Below, one piece after another: positions 43,897 to 53,326 of a DNA stretch of 64,000 nucleotides. Both the position numbers and the translations under genes were made by a program. The stretch lies in the IMG/VR virus record IMGVR_UViG_3300009701_000005, positions 15,126 to 79,125 of that record, one strand, 5' to 3'. The notes below the pieces were generated by a model. It was not told where the DNA came from. It made no database searches and worked only from the letters and a program-made list of their open reading frames with translations. Every line of letters begins with the position of its first letter. The first letter of the stretch is position 1. This stretch comes from a virus. Lineage: Duplodnaviria > Caudoviricetes.

Positions 43897-46218
43897 TTAA
43901 TGTGTTGCATATGCTGATCCTAAAGGGGCTGGTTGGTCATCTAACGGCACATCGCTATTAGAAGCATTAGTAGTTCCTCGTTGCACATTGATCATTTTAA
44001 GTGCAGTTTGTAACCAGGGAGAAATAGGTTGAGTAAAATAATTACTTAGTTCAGTATAAGAGGTCGCCGACATAAAACTAATACTTGTTCCTATATTACG
44101 GGGAGTAATAGAGTGAGTCACTGATCCACACAAAGCATGAAAACTAGGTTGTTCAGGGCTACGATTGATAATATCCATCGGGTATCCTGGAACTATATAA
44201 GGGTTAAAAATTCCATCTACAGTTCCTGATTTAGATTGAGTTATTTCCTTTGTATAATCATAGTCTGCAGTAGCAAATAGAATACGTTCAAAATTCTTAA
44301 TAGCATTTAACTCCTGTGTAGCATAAGGGTTTAAAGAGTCCCTATATTGATTCATATTTGCTGAAGAAGGTGTAGTGCTATTATTCACGCCAGTATTGGC
44401 GTAGCCATACCTGTTAATCCAGGCATCATGCAAATCTATAATGTTCTTATACTCCAAGGTTCCAGCGGTTGGGTATAGTTCTTCTTGAACGGAATTGTCC
44501 TTAGAATAGCTGCCCACTATTTGTGTAAGCCATTGAGGGAACTGAATCTTCTTATGTTTAATGCCTCTACCTAATTCGTATTTACCCATGATACCGTAAG
44601 ACGGACCGCTAGTTTCTTTCAAGGTCACATTAGAACCATTGGCTACTTTTTGCCCAATAATAGGTATACCTCTGGCAATAGATTCCCGGATAGATTGAGG
44701 TGCTCTGTAATTCAAACGCAATGCTGCAGAATTAGTAATATTAGGGTCTACCGTACATAGAGCCGTAACCCGAGTCGGGATATCGCTTTCTACTTGATTT
44801 ACCTGAATACTATGGTACATATTTGGCAATACCACGTTACACAAAGGGGCATAGTAATAAGGCAATTGCGGCTTAACAACTGTTTCAACCGCCATACGAT
44901 TAGCATTGCGCCAAGTTTGGGCGTCGTCCAAATTCATTTTGACAGTAGGGTCTACAGGTACGTCGGCAGGACTTGCCAAAGTAATAAGGTCGTATTCCAA
45001 TCCGTAGAAGAAATCATAGAAAAAATTATAGAAATCCATCATCTCATTAGAGAATGTCGATGCCATGGACGCAATGTTGGTAGCTAATGCCATCTGGGCC
45101 GCCCCTGCAATATCTAAGCGACAAGAGGGGGGTAACATTATCAAACTACCAGACATAGGCTTATCTGGAGGACAGGTGTTTTTCTTACTATTTTGTATTT
45201 GATTCTCTAAAAAATAATGCCCAGATGTTCGGCTAAAAAATTGGAGGCCGTCTTCCGCTAAAGGCATATACATCTTGGAAAATATCATATTTTGATTAGA
45301 TATGGAGAATACCTGAATCTTTAGCTGATTCCACATATTCATAATAACTGCTGGCATTCCACTCCACCGATTTTGAAACTGAGACCATTTCTGAGATAAC
45401 AAGGTAGGGTCAGCGTTTATAACTTGTGAATTGGTAGGTGCTATCAAATCTTGAGGGGCCGATTGTATTCCGTTTATGCCTTTAAGGGCTTGTTGCATGG
45501 AATACTGAGAATTAAAATTGAAAGCTTGTACAGTTGCTACTTCAGAATTAGAATCTGTAAAATTAGCTGCTGTCATTGCGGCGTTAGCACCGCCTGCACT
45601 CCATTCCAGAGTTACTTGCTCTAGTAGGGCGTTCTTGTGTTTACATTCAAATGTTACACTTGATTGGCCCGCCATCTGGGATGCTTGATAGGAAACATTA
45701 GTAATGTGCCCATTAAATAAAATGCGGTCTCCCCCTAGAATATTATCTGTGAAAAATATATGCACTTTAGGTTGATAATATCTAGCTATGTCTACTAATC
45801 CAGGCTGATTAGGAATTTCTATCATTGCGGTAGGTACTCTGCCTATTGCCTGAGTTATACTACAATTCACAAAAGGTACCTGTACCCCCTCGATGTAAAC
45901 CTTGATGTCCTGATAGGTTACATCCGTGGTATTAAGTCCTGCAGCAGGAGGTAACGGAGTTGTATTAACATTAGTCACCCCTTCGCCGCCAGAGGTACTA
46001 GATGTACTCGCAGACCCACTAGATGGGGCTGTAGAGCTTAAAGCCGGGGCGGCTGGTGGGGTAGTAGCCTGAGGGGTGGCGGAGGCCGGTAGAGGGCTCG
46101 GATTTGTATTCAGCAGGGATGTTAAAGACGTAGCTGGGGGCAGCAAGGATGATCCCGCGCTAGGAACGTTTATTAAGGGGGCAAATGGGCTTGCCGGGGT
46201 TGTAGTGGATAAACTCAT
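43897..46218 (-). CDS. baseplate hub-like protein
   Basis: KVYIEGVQVPF...KVHIFF...LFNGHI..; FNPYIVPGYPMDII...GSVTHSI. Confidence 0.6.
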   Translation of the reverse strand: MSLSTTTPASPFAPLINVPSAGSSLLPPATSLTSLLNTNPSPLPASATPQATTPPAAPALSSTAPSSGSASTSSTSGGEGVTNVNTTPLPPAAGLNTTDVTYQDIKVYIEGVQVPFVNCSITQAIGRVPTAMIEIPNQPGLVDIARYYQPKVHIFFTDNILGGDRILFNGHITNVSYQASQMAGQSSVTFECKHKNALLEQVTLEWSAGGANAAMTAANFTDSNSEVATVQAFNFNSQYSMQQALKGINGIQSAPQDLIAPTNSQVINADPTLLSQKWSQFQNRWSGMPAVIMNMWNQLKIQVFSISNQNMIFSKMYMPLAEDGLQFFSRTSGHYFLENQIQNSKKNTCPPDKPMSGSLIMLPPSCRLDIAGAAQMALATNIASMASTFSNEMMDFYNFFYDFFYGLEYDLITLASPADVPVDPTVKMNLDDAQTWRNANRMAVETVVKPQLPYYYAPLCNVVLPNMYHSIQVNQVESDIPTRVTALCTVDPNITNSAALRLNYRAPQSIRESIARGIPIIGQKVANGSNVTLKETSGPSYGIMGKYELGRGIKHKKIQFPQWLTQIVGSYSKDNSVQEELYPTAGTLEYKNIIDLHDAWINRYGYANTGVNNSTTPSSANMNQYRDSLNPYATQELNAIKNFERILFATADYDYTKEITQSKSGTVDGIFNPYIVPGYPMDIINRSPEQPSFHALCGSVTHSITPRNIGTSISFMSATSYTELSNYFTQPISPWLQTALKMINVQRGTTNASNSDVPLDDQPAPLGSAYATH

Positions 46219-47078
46219 TAGGTTACGTTGTAGTATATTGTATATAAAGCCAGCATGTACAAAGCTTGTTCTAATAGATCAGAAATCTGAGATGCCCAAG
46301 CCAAATATTCGGATGGTATTTGACTCATTTTAGATAAACTTTGGTTAACTAATTGTAACCTGTTCTGACTTAAAAGTGAAGTTAAATACAGAGATCTTAT
46401 AGGTAAAGGATTGTACGCCAAAGGTTCTAGCCCCAGTAATGATCCCGAGTAAGTAGATGATAGCCATCCTAAAAAAGACGTGTAGTTTTGAGTTACAAAT
46501 CTCAACACTATATTTGCAACACTAGTTGGCTCTACTGCTAAGGTGAGTGAATTCCCTATCAAAGTATAGTCAGTACCGGGTTTTAATAGCACTCCATTTT
46601 TGTAAACATAGTAGTTGCTATAGGTACTTGTATTAGTTACCGTGGCATAGCTAGTAGCCCCTACTATAGTAGCTACAATTTCAGCATTAACAAGATACTC
46701 CGGGGTTATAGTAACTACATTGTTTACGCTGGGCACTGGTTTAGTAGGATACGTTGCGGAATAGCATTTAGAACACACCCCGCCTTTAGCTATGCAACTG
46801 TTGGTATGCCTAACTGCTATAGTATAAATACCTTGCTCTAACAAATTTGTTATAGTTGTTTCAGAAAGTACCAATCCGGTCGATAGATCTGTTAACCCTT
46901 CTGATTGAAAATTAAGTGTTTCAATAGTTCCAAGCGTAGTGCCACAATCAGCCATAGTAACGGGGACACTTGGATTAGTTATAAGTTGGGCCAAACTACT
47001 TACATTAGGATCTGTAGTTGGGGTGTATTGAAATATATTTTGTAGCAGGAGAGTACCTGCGTAACTTCTCATCGTCAT
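46218..47078 (-). CDS. protein with an RpoC (beta')-like Zn-binding segment fused to a virion-type domain
   Basis: DCGT...VRHTNSC...GGVCSKCY; VYKNGVLL.PG.DYTL.G. Confidence 0.55.
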   Translation of the reverse strand: MTMRSYAGTLLLQNIFQYTPTTDPNVSSLAQLITNPSVPVTMADCGTTLGTIETLNFQSEGLTDLSTGLVLSETTITNLLEQGIYTIAVRHTNSCIAKGGVCSKCYSATYPTKPVPSVNNVVTITPEYLVNAEIVATIVGATSYATVTNTSTYSNYYVYKNGVLLKPGTDYTLIGNSLTLAVEPTSVANIVLRFVTQNYTSFLGWLSSTYSGSLLGLEPLAYNPLPIRSLYLTSLLSQNRLQLVNQSLSKMSQIPSEYLAWASQISDLLEQALYMLALYTIYYNVT

Positions 47079-48757
47079 ATAGATGCTCCAGAAAGGGCTG
47101 TATAGGTACTGCCCGAATTTAATAATGCAGATACGCTGACACCGCTTGAATTTGCAAAATTGAGGGCACTATTAGGATTCATATTCCCCGTGCTCATTAA
47201 TCCGCTTATATTAGAGGTTACACTTTGTGGCGCACTTGTAATGCATCCTGAAGTATTTTGTAAAGAACCTATGGTGGACAATAGGCTGGGGTCAGAAACT
47301 CCTGGCACAGCTACAGAAGCCCCCTTACCATTAGCAAGATTAATTATACCAGATGCTTGAGAAGATATACTGGTAGCACCTGCAACTTGGTTTTGAAGTG
47401 CAGTGGGGAAAGTACTGGTAACGCTTGCTGCATTACCTCCAGCAGAAGAGATGAGTTTTGTTAGAGAAGAAACTACTCCTACTACTGGGGAGTATAGCCC
47501 TGCTTGAATACCTGCCAAATTCGAACTTACAGTAGCGAAAATACTGGTATTAGCACCTGAACTGCTCGAAGTGTTAACCGTTCCTCCACCAGTACCGATA
47601 GAATTAGTGCCTCCGAAAAGAGAATTTGCTAAAGAAGTTATGGCAGGTATAGATCCCTTAACCGATCCCGTCATGCTTATATTATTAATAATACCTGGCA
47701 AAGCACTAGCAGCACCGGAAATACCAGATACTGTTCCAATTGAAGGTATTCCTGCCCCTGTAACTTGAGAACCTAATACCCCTACCGACCTCATAGCTTG
47801 CGCTAAAGAACTAACAGAAGTAGTAGGATTCTGAATTGCACTCTGCAAATTAGCTATTAGCTTAGTAGAGTTAACTACAGATTGAGTAGCAAATTGCGCT
47901 GACTGTATTAAATTAGTAGACCCGCTAGACAGAGGTGCTCCCGTTGGTATTACGGGATTTGGAGTAACTGTTTTACACAATAGGGTAAATCTAAAAGGGA
48001 TATCCACGTCACGAGCCGCATTTTGGTTCCATGACATGTTGGTTATAGTTCCAGTAAGTGTTAAGTTAGGGGTGACAATTTTAACCAATTCATAATTACG
48101 GGCTAGCTGAGATCCCCTCAATGCATTTGCGTACATCTCTATCCATTGCAAAAACCAGTTATTATCCGGGGAATCTATCAATACTCCCCCAAATTGCATA
48201 GATATAGGTTGACGGCCAAAATAGTAAGTTACTTCGGCATCCCCGTATACTTCTTGTACCTGCACTTTTTCATCGAAAGATCCCCCGATATCCGTAAGCA
48301 GGAACGAAGCATATCCAAGAGTTGTACTATTACCATTTATAGCATCGGCCAAAGGGCCGCTAGTATTAGTCCCTAGAGATGTTGGAGAATACGTAGCAGA
48401 AGATAGATGTTGCTGAAGCGAAGTAGACGCGTTACTAGTTAGTAAACGTATGTAAGTGTGCTGACCCCTGTTTCCGCCCCCGTTCAAAAAGTTAATATTT
48501 CTACTACGGGTTGTAAATAGTCTTTCTGTTTGATTAATAGTTGGGGGAATGTACTGGCCCAGGAATTGCCCTGCACCAGTGCTATTGGAGATAAGAGGTC
48601 CTGCTGCGCCTGTCGAGCCTGAAAGTCCGGCATTAGGCATAGCGGCGTATGCTGCTTGAGAATCTTGGGCAGCATTGTATGGGTTATTATTTTGATTGGG
48701 TAAAGCGGCGTATGCTGCTTCAGAATCCGCTGCAGTATTAAAACTTGATACGCTCAT
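47075..48757 (-). CDS. tail-tube-initiator/baseplate protein
   Basis: FLLT......EKVQV....GD..V.Y.FGRQP....F.G.L.D pattern; Ser/Gly-rich tail. Confidence 0.6.
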   Translation of the reverse strand: MSVSSFNTAADSEAAYAALPNQNNNPYNAAQDSQAAYAAMPNAGLSGSTGAAGPLISNSTGAGQFLGQYIPPTINQTERLFTTRSRNINFLNGGGNRGQHTYIRLLTSNASTSLQQHLSSATYSPTSLGTNTSGPLADAINGNSTTLGYASFLLTDIGGSFDEKVQVQEVYGDAEVTYYFGRQPISMQFGGVLIDSPDNNWFLQWIEMYANALRGSQLARNYELVKIVTPNLTLTGTITNMSWNQNAARDVDIPFRFTLLCKTVTPNPVIPTGAPLSSGSTNLIQSAQFATQSVVNSTKLIANLQSAIQNPTTSVSSLAQAMRSVGVLGSQVTGAGIPSIGTVSGISGAASALPGIINNISMTGSVKGSIPAITSLANSLFGGTNSIGTGGGTVNTSSSSGANTSIFATVSSNLAGIQAGLYSPVVGVVSSLTKLISSAGGNAASVTSTFPTALQNQVAGATSISSQASGIINLANGKGASVAVPGVSDPSLLSTIGSLQNTSGCITSAPQSVTSNISGLMSTGNMNPNSALNFANSSGVSVSALLNSGSTYTALSGASI

Positions 48758-48759
48758 AT

Positions 48760-48996
48760 TTATTGACCTTTAACTTCAAAATCTACCAGTTGTAAAACTA
48801 CAACCCCTTCTATAACTTCACGCTGACCTTCTATGCCTCCAAGTTGAGGCGGTACATAAGTTTGGACTCCTCCAGCCTCTACTCTGATAGTCTCTATAGC
48901 TCCCTTAACCTGATTAAGATACACTTGGTAAGGAGTCATTGCCGTAAAGGTGGAGATGAGTTTACTAGCATTTTTATTAGGTGTAAGAATAGCCAT
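48760..48996 (-). CDS. hypothetical protein
   Basis: coupled to the tape measure gene. Confidence 0.6.
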   Translation of the reverse strand: MAILTPNKNASKLISTFTAMTPYQVYLNQVKGAIETIRVEAGGVQTYVPPQLGGIEGQREVIEGVVVLQLVDFEVKGQ

Positions 48997-51900
48997 TATC
49001 TACCTCCTGCAGTTTGAGTAGTTTTTTGACCTACTCCAAAGTATTTGTATATTCCATCAAGGGGTCCTACGGCAGCAGGGGATTGGTTACTAGTGCCTCC
49101 ATCAGTAGGTTTTTGATCCGAGACTTTATCCGCCATTTTCTTAGTATTCTCTTCAATCTTTTTCAGGATACCATTGGCCTCAATTTGCTGTATACTTTCC
49201 TTAAACCCGTTTATGTCGAGTAAGTTGCCGTGAAATTTACCTTCCAAATCCAGCTTCATATCGGCAGCCTGTTTATCTATAGCCGTGCCGTTTATAACTT
49301 CATCTCTGCTTAAACTCAGAGCATTTGCCATACCATTTTTAAATCTGCCACCAGAAAGTTCCATGGCCTTACGTAATCTAGCTTCTCCGGTAAGTTCCTT
49401 ATCATCATCTCCTAGCAGGGAGCCTTTCATTATAAGGTTAAACTCTGTTCCTCCAAATTGCTTAGAATAAGCAGCTGCATCGCGTATACGGCTATACAAA
49501 TCCGTATCACTAGTCTTACCTTTTAATCCGGCAGAGATAAGAGAGTCATACTTTTTCAAATCTTCATCTGTTCCTTCAGCACGGGCCTTGGAGAATTCTC
49601 CGACATCACTATACTTTAATGCTAAGTCAGAAGCAATACCCGCCAAAGTTTCGTTTTCTTCACGGTCCGAATCGTTAGTAACTCGGCCAGACATCTTTGT
49701 CAGTTTGTCGTAGTAAGATGAATTGGAAGTCTTCAAAGACGCTACCTTAGCTCCGTATTCTTCTCCAGAAAATTGCTTAGCCCTAAAAGATTTATCCTTA
49801 TTGACTTTAGTTACATCTGTAGTTTTACGACCTATAGCATTTGCCATATCTGACAAACTCCCTAAGTTGTGCAATTGCTCGTTATCATTTCCCAGGTAAT
49901 CTTTTCTAAGGGACGTAAATTCCAATACCTTTTGCAAATTAGTAAGCTTTGTACTACTATTCTTATCCTGTAAATACCTTACAGCCTCCTCATTTCCTGC
50001 CGCATTTTTATCTGAAGCCAAGTCATTTATTTCAGCCATAACTTGTTGATTGCGGTAAACGTCTTTAGCGGCCCCCGGTAAGAATAATCCAAATCCTGGG
50101 GCGTGGCCACGTATTTTATCTGCATTAATGTCAAACAAATCCACATTGTCAGTAACCTTCTTAGGGGCTCCACCCATCATTTCTGAAATTGTAGTCTTAT
50201 CTACTCTAGATATATCAGAGCCGTAAACCAGTCTATCGGTAAATCGGGAAATACTATCCCCGGCTACGCCTACTTTGCTAAGCCCAGAATGGACTAAGTC
50301 AGACCCCTCCGCCATTACGGCTCTTCCGCCTTTACTGAAATTATAAATTGCTGATCCGAATGCTCCATCGTATAATTTGTTATTAGTTATGTATTGGCGA
50401 TATTGTTCCCTAGATTGGGCATCTACAGATTTCATTCCTTGAGCATATGCGCCTCGATCTTGTTCAACAGCTAATTGATTATAGTAATCCTTTATCTGAT
50501 CTATACTAAAACCCATTTGCTCCAAATAAGGAACTGCTTTGGAGTAAGATAACTTATGAGTAACTGGATCTAGAATTCCAGGTTGATTTGCAACTATACT
50601 CCTCAATTGTTCCTGTACTGCCCTGGAACCTTTTTTAGTTAGTTCTTGCCCTGCTAGCTCTGATGAAAATAACTCCATTTCCCCCATAGTTCCAAGCGGA
50701 TCATTAACCATACGACGATTGAAATCAGACACAACATTTACCGTATTACCGCCTTTGGCAAAGCCTTGTCCTCCATGAGCCTGATTCAATAAAGCCATTT
50801 TAGAAAAAGTAGTTTGCATGGCGTTGATTTGGCCTGTCAACGATCCCTGTGTTCCGCCTTCAATACCTCCCATTTTAGCAATAGTTGCTTGACTCAAAAC
50901 GCCCATACGTTGCCCTGCAGCAAAACTAGAATATACTCCAGCAGCGGCAAGTTGACCCATATATGGAGTCATCCCATTGGCTTGATATAAGTATTGGCCT
51001 TGGGCTCCTACGGTGTTCATAATTCGTTGCACACTAGCCCCGGCCATAGACGCAAACATGCCTAACTTTCCGTAGACTCCTGAGGCATTAGTAATTGCTC
51101 CGCTCCCTACTCCAACCCCCATATCATTTAACTTTGCAATTTCGGCAATAGCATCTTTCAACTCAGGCATATTACCTATAGCTTGAATCATTTTGACTTG
51201 CTCCATAACGTCTTTAATACGCTTTGGAATCTGTCCTTTACTGACGTTATCGGTTAAGCCTGAACGCATAATTAAACTTGCGCCTCTAGCGTACTCTCCC
51301 GTAGAGAAAGTCATATCGCTAACGCCCTGACGAGTAATCTCTGAGGCCATGCGGTAGGACTCTTCCATGCCTAAACCACGACCACTAACAGCATTACCTC
51401 TGGCATCGGCAAAAGTCACCCCGGCAAAGTTATCGCGTAAATCTCGTGAGGTTTTGCGCATATTTACGTATGGCTCAAAAATAGATTTTTCCGCACCATA
51501 CATTAATGCTTGACCTAAGATAAGTCCACTAGCTGCACTAGCTGCGGCCCCTACGACAGTGCCCCCAATTCCTCGAAATGCCAAGTTAGCTGCGCCGCCT
51601 GCGCTAATGCCTTCAAACGCAGACGCTGCACCCTCAAAGCCATTTGCAAGATACCCTGCTCTAGCAGCACCCCAAACATCTCTGACCCCCATTGCAGCAC
51701 CGGTAGCGGCATTGATTGGTCTAGCAGCCCCGAAGCCTTCTGCCAACCCCCCTACGAAATTAGCGCCTATGCGAGATCCCGATTTCCACCCTAAGCCTAA
51801 GGCTTTGGAAGTCATATTACCTAAACCGTAAGATAGGATAGGCATACCGATGCGTTGAATTCCCCACATGGTAGCGTCAGCAGGTCTACCAGTAATGTCC

Positions 51901-52220
51901 TCTATCGGTTGACGATTGTGAGATACTGGGTTACCCCAACGCAGATCAGTAGAAAAAGGGCTAAGAGCCCAAGCAGCTTGCGCAGTTGTACGGCGGCCAT
52001 ATAAGTTAGTAGGCTGAGGGCCAGAGTATTGTGGCCTATATCCGGCTTGAAAAGATGGCGTTAGCAAAGAAGGGTCTATTCCCCAACCTGAATTCATATT
52101 CGCCGAATTCATAGGGGAGGCAAAAGAATTGCCATATTGATCCGCTTGACTTTGGAATATGGTATTGCCGTCAGTTACCGGGTTATTACTTAAGTATGGA
52201 TTGCCGAACGCACCGAACAT
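48996..52220 (-). CDS. tape measure protein
   Basis: 1074 aa, Gly/Ala-rich and helical; directly after the tail chaperone pair. Confidence 0.75.
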   Translation of the reverse strand: MFGAFGNPYLSNNPVTDGNTIFQSQADQYGNSFASPMNSANMNSGWGIDPSLLTPSFQAGYRPQYSGPQPTNLYGRRTTAQAAWALSPFSTDLRWGNPVSHNRQPIEDITGRPADATMWGIQRIGMPILSYGLGNMTSKALGLGWKSGSRIGANFVGGLAEGFGAARPINAATGAAMGVRDVWGAARAGYLANGFEGAASAFEGISAGGAANLAFRGIGGTVVGAAASAASGLILGQALMYGAEKSIFEPYVNMRKTSRDLRDNFAGVTFADARGNAVSGRGLGMEESYRMASEITRQGVSDMTFSTGEYARGASLIMRSGLTDNVSKGQIPKRIKDVMEQVKMIQAIGNMPELKDAIAEIAKLNDMGVGVGSGAITNASGVYGKLGMFASMAGASVQRIMNTVGAQGQYLYQANGMTPYMGQLAAAGVYSSFAAGQRMGVLSQATIAKMGGIEGGTQGSLTGQINAMQTTFSKMALLNQAHGGQGFAKGGNTVNVVSDFNRRMVNDPLGTMGEMELFSSELAGQELTKKGSRAVQEQLRSIVANQPGILDPVTHKLSYSKAVPYLEQMGFSIDQIKDYYNQLAVEQDRGAYAQGMKSVDAQSREQYRQYITNNKLYDGAFGSAIYNFSKGGRAVMAEGSDLVHSGLSKVGVAGDSISRFTDRLVYGSDISRVDKTTISEMMGGAPKKVTDNVDLFDINADKIRGHAPGFGLFLPGAAKDVYRNQQVMAEINDLASDKNAAGNEEAVRYLQDKNSSTKLTNLQKVLEFTSLRKDYLGNDNEQLHNLGSLSDMANAIGRKTTDVTKVNKDKSFRAKQFSGEEYGAKVASLKTSNSSYYDKLTKMSGRVTNDSDREENETLAGIASDLALKYSDVGEFSKARAEGTDEDLKKYDSLISAGLKGKTSDTDLYSRIRDAAAYSKQFGGTEFNLIMKGSLLGDDDKELTGEARLRKAMELSGGRFKNGMANALSLSRDEVINGTAIDKQAADMKLDLEGKFHGNLLDINGFKESIQQIEANGILKKIEENTKKMADKVSDQKPTDGGTSNQSPAAVGPLDGIYKYFGVGQKTTQTAGGR

Positions 52221-52266
52221 GAGAGTAGCCTTTTGCTTAGATGTATTGATCTATTTTAGGAGAATT

Positions 52267-52294
52267 AAAAATAAAAAGCCGGGGGATACCCGGC
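52267..52294 (-). terminator. intrinsic terminator
   Basis: GCCGGG..CCCGGC followed by a T-run on the minus strand. Confidence 0.75.
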
Positions 52295-52319
52295 CTAATA
52301 TTTACTGTTGATAATTAAT

Positions 52320-52703
52320 TTATTGATCCGGTTTATATTTAAATAATGTTTCTAAACCTTGTAGAACAACATGGTTTTTCTTCTTGTCGTATTTAACTTT
52401 TAATTTAGCATTTTTAACAAAACGTTGATAGAATTCCACCATCTTAACTTCTTTTTCCGTATGCTCAGGTATTTTCATACCAAATTCTAATTCTAAGTAA
52501 TTACTCCAAGCTTTAGTTATTTTATCAAATTGTTTTTGTGCATCGCCAGTATTTCTAGCGGATACCGTGTTCATTGCCATGAATGCGAGTAAAGAATTTT
52601 TCTTAACTTCCCTCTCAGACTCTTTCACCATGGCTGCCTGCATAACCCTGTCTCTCCTACTCCCTAATTTAGGGGGTTGAATGCCAGACATATACATACG
52701 CAT
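52320..52703 (-). CDS. tail assembly chaperone extension (GT-like, reached by -1 frameshift)
   Basis: lies in the -1 frame of 52727..53287 and is open back through the slippery site. Confidence 0.75.
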   Translation of the reverse strand: MRMYMSGIQPPKLGSRRDRVMQAAMVKESEREVKKNSLLAFMAMNTVSARNTGDAQKQFDKITKAWSNYLELEFGMKIPEHTEKEVKMVEFYQRFVKNAKLKVKYDKKKNHVVLQGLETLFKYKPDQ

Positions 52704-52726
52704 ACGTCTAGAGAAAACAGGGTTTT

Positions 52727-53287
52727 CTAAAAATTTTCTTCACCTAAACGGCAGGCTTCAAAGACTTTTTCATCAAATTTTTGCAAGGCACGTAAAAGGG
52801 CTCCGACCACCGGTACGGGCAATCTGCTGATAAACTTAGCTTTATCTTCGTCTTTAACGTTTGTTAAGTCCCTACCTTGATACTCCACCAATGCATCTTG
52901 CAAAGTTAGCAAAGAACGTTTTTCCGACAAAGTGGATACTAAATTTGCAGAAGTAGAATCCAATTTACGAGTAAGGGCTTCGGCTTGTTCCGCATTGCGG
53001 GTCTTAAAAACTACGACCAATTTACCACGAATTTTAACAGTTTCCCTGTATTCGTTGGTAAACATAATTTCGTCGAAGATTTTGTTCAACTCATCTTCAT
53101 CATATTTAGGTTTTTCAACAGCCGAGCTTGGGGAAGTTTCCTCACTTACTTTATCTTGGGCTGCTCCATAAGGAAAATCCAATTCTTTTGGCAATTCGGT
53201 TTCACGGATAGCTGGAGCCGGGGCAGACACTGCGGCTTTAGCCTTTTTATTAGTTTGTAATTCTTTTGGTAATTCGAAATCGCTCAT
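52727..53287 (-). CDS. tail assembly chaperone (G-like)
   Basis: upstream of the tape measure gene; ends GAA AAT TTT TAG. Confidence 0.75.
   Translation of the reverse strand: MSDFELPKELQTNKKAKAAVSAPAPAIRETELPKELDFPYGAAQDKVSEETSPSSAVEKPKYDEDELNKIFDEIMFTNEYRETVKIRGKLVVVFKTRNAEQAEALTRKLDSTSANLVSTLSEKRSLLTLQDALVEYQGRDLTNVKDEDKAKFISRLPVPVVGALLRALQKFDEKVFEACRLGEENF
52730..52736 (-). promoter_or_regulatory. -1 programmed ribosomal frameshift slippery site A AAT TTT
   Basis: X XXY YYZ heptamer immediately before the TAG; the -1 frame gives EENFLENPVFSRRMRMY. Confidence 0.8.
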
Positions 53288-53326
53288 ATAGTCTCTAATC
53301 TCTCTATTTATCTTATTCTTATAATA

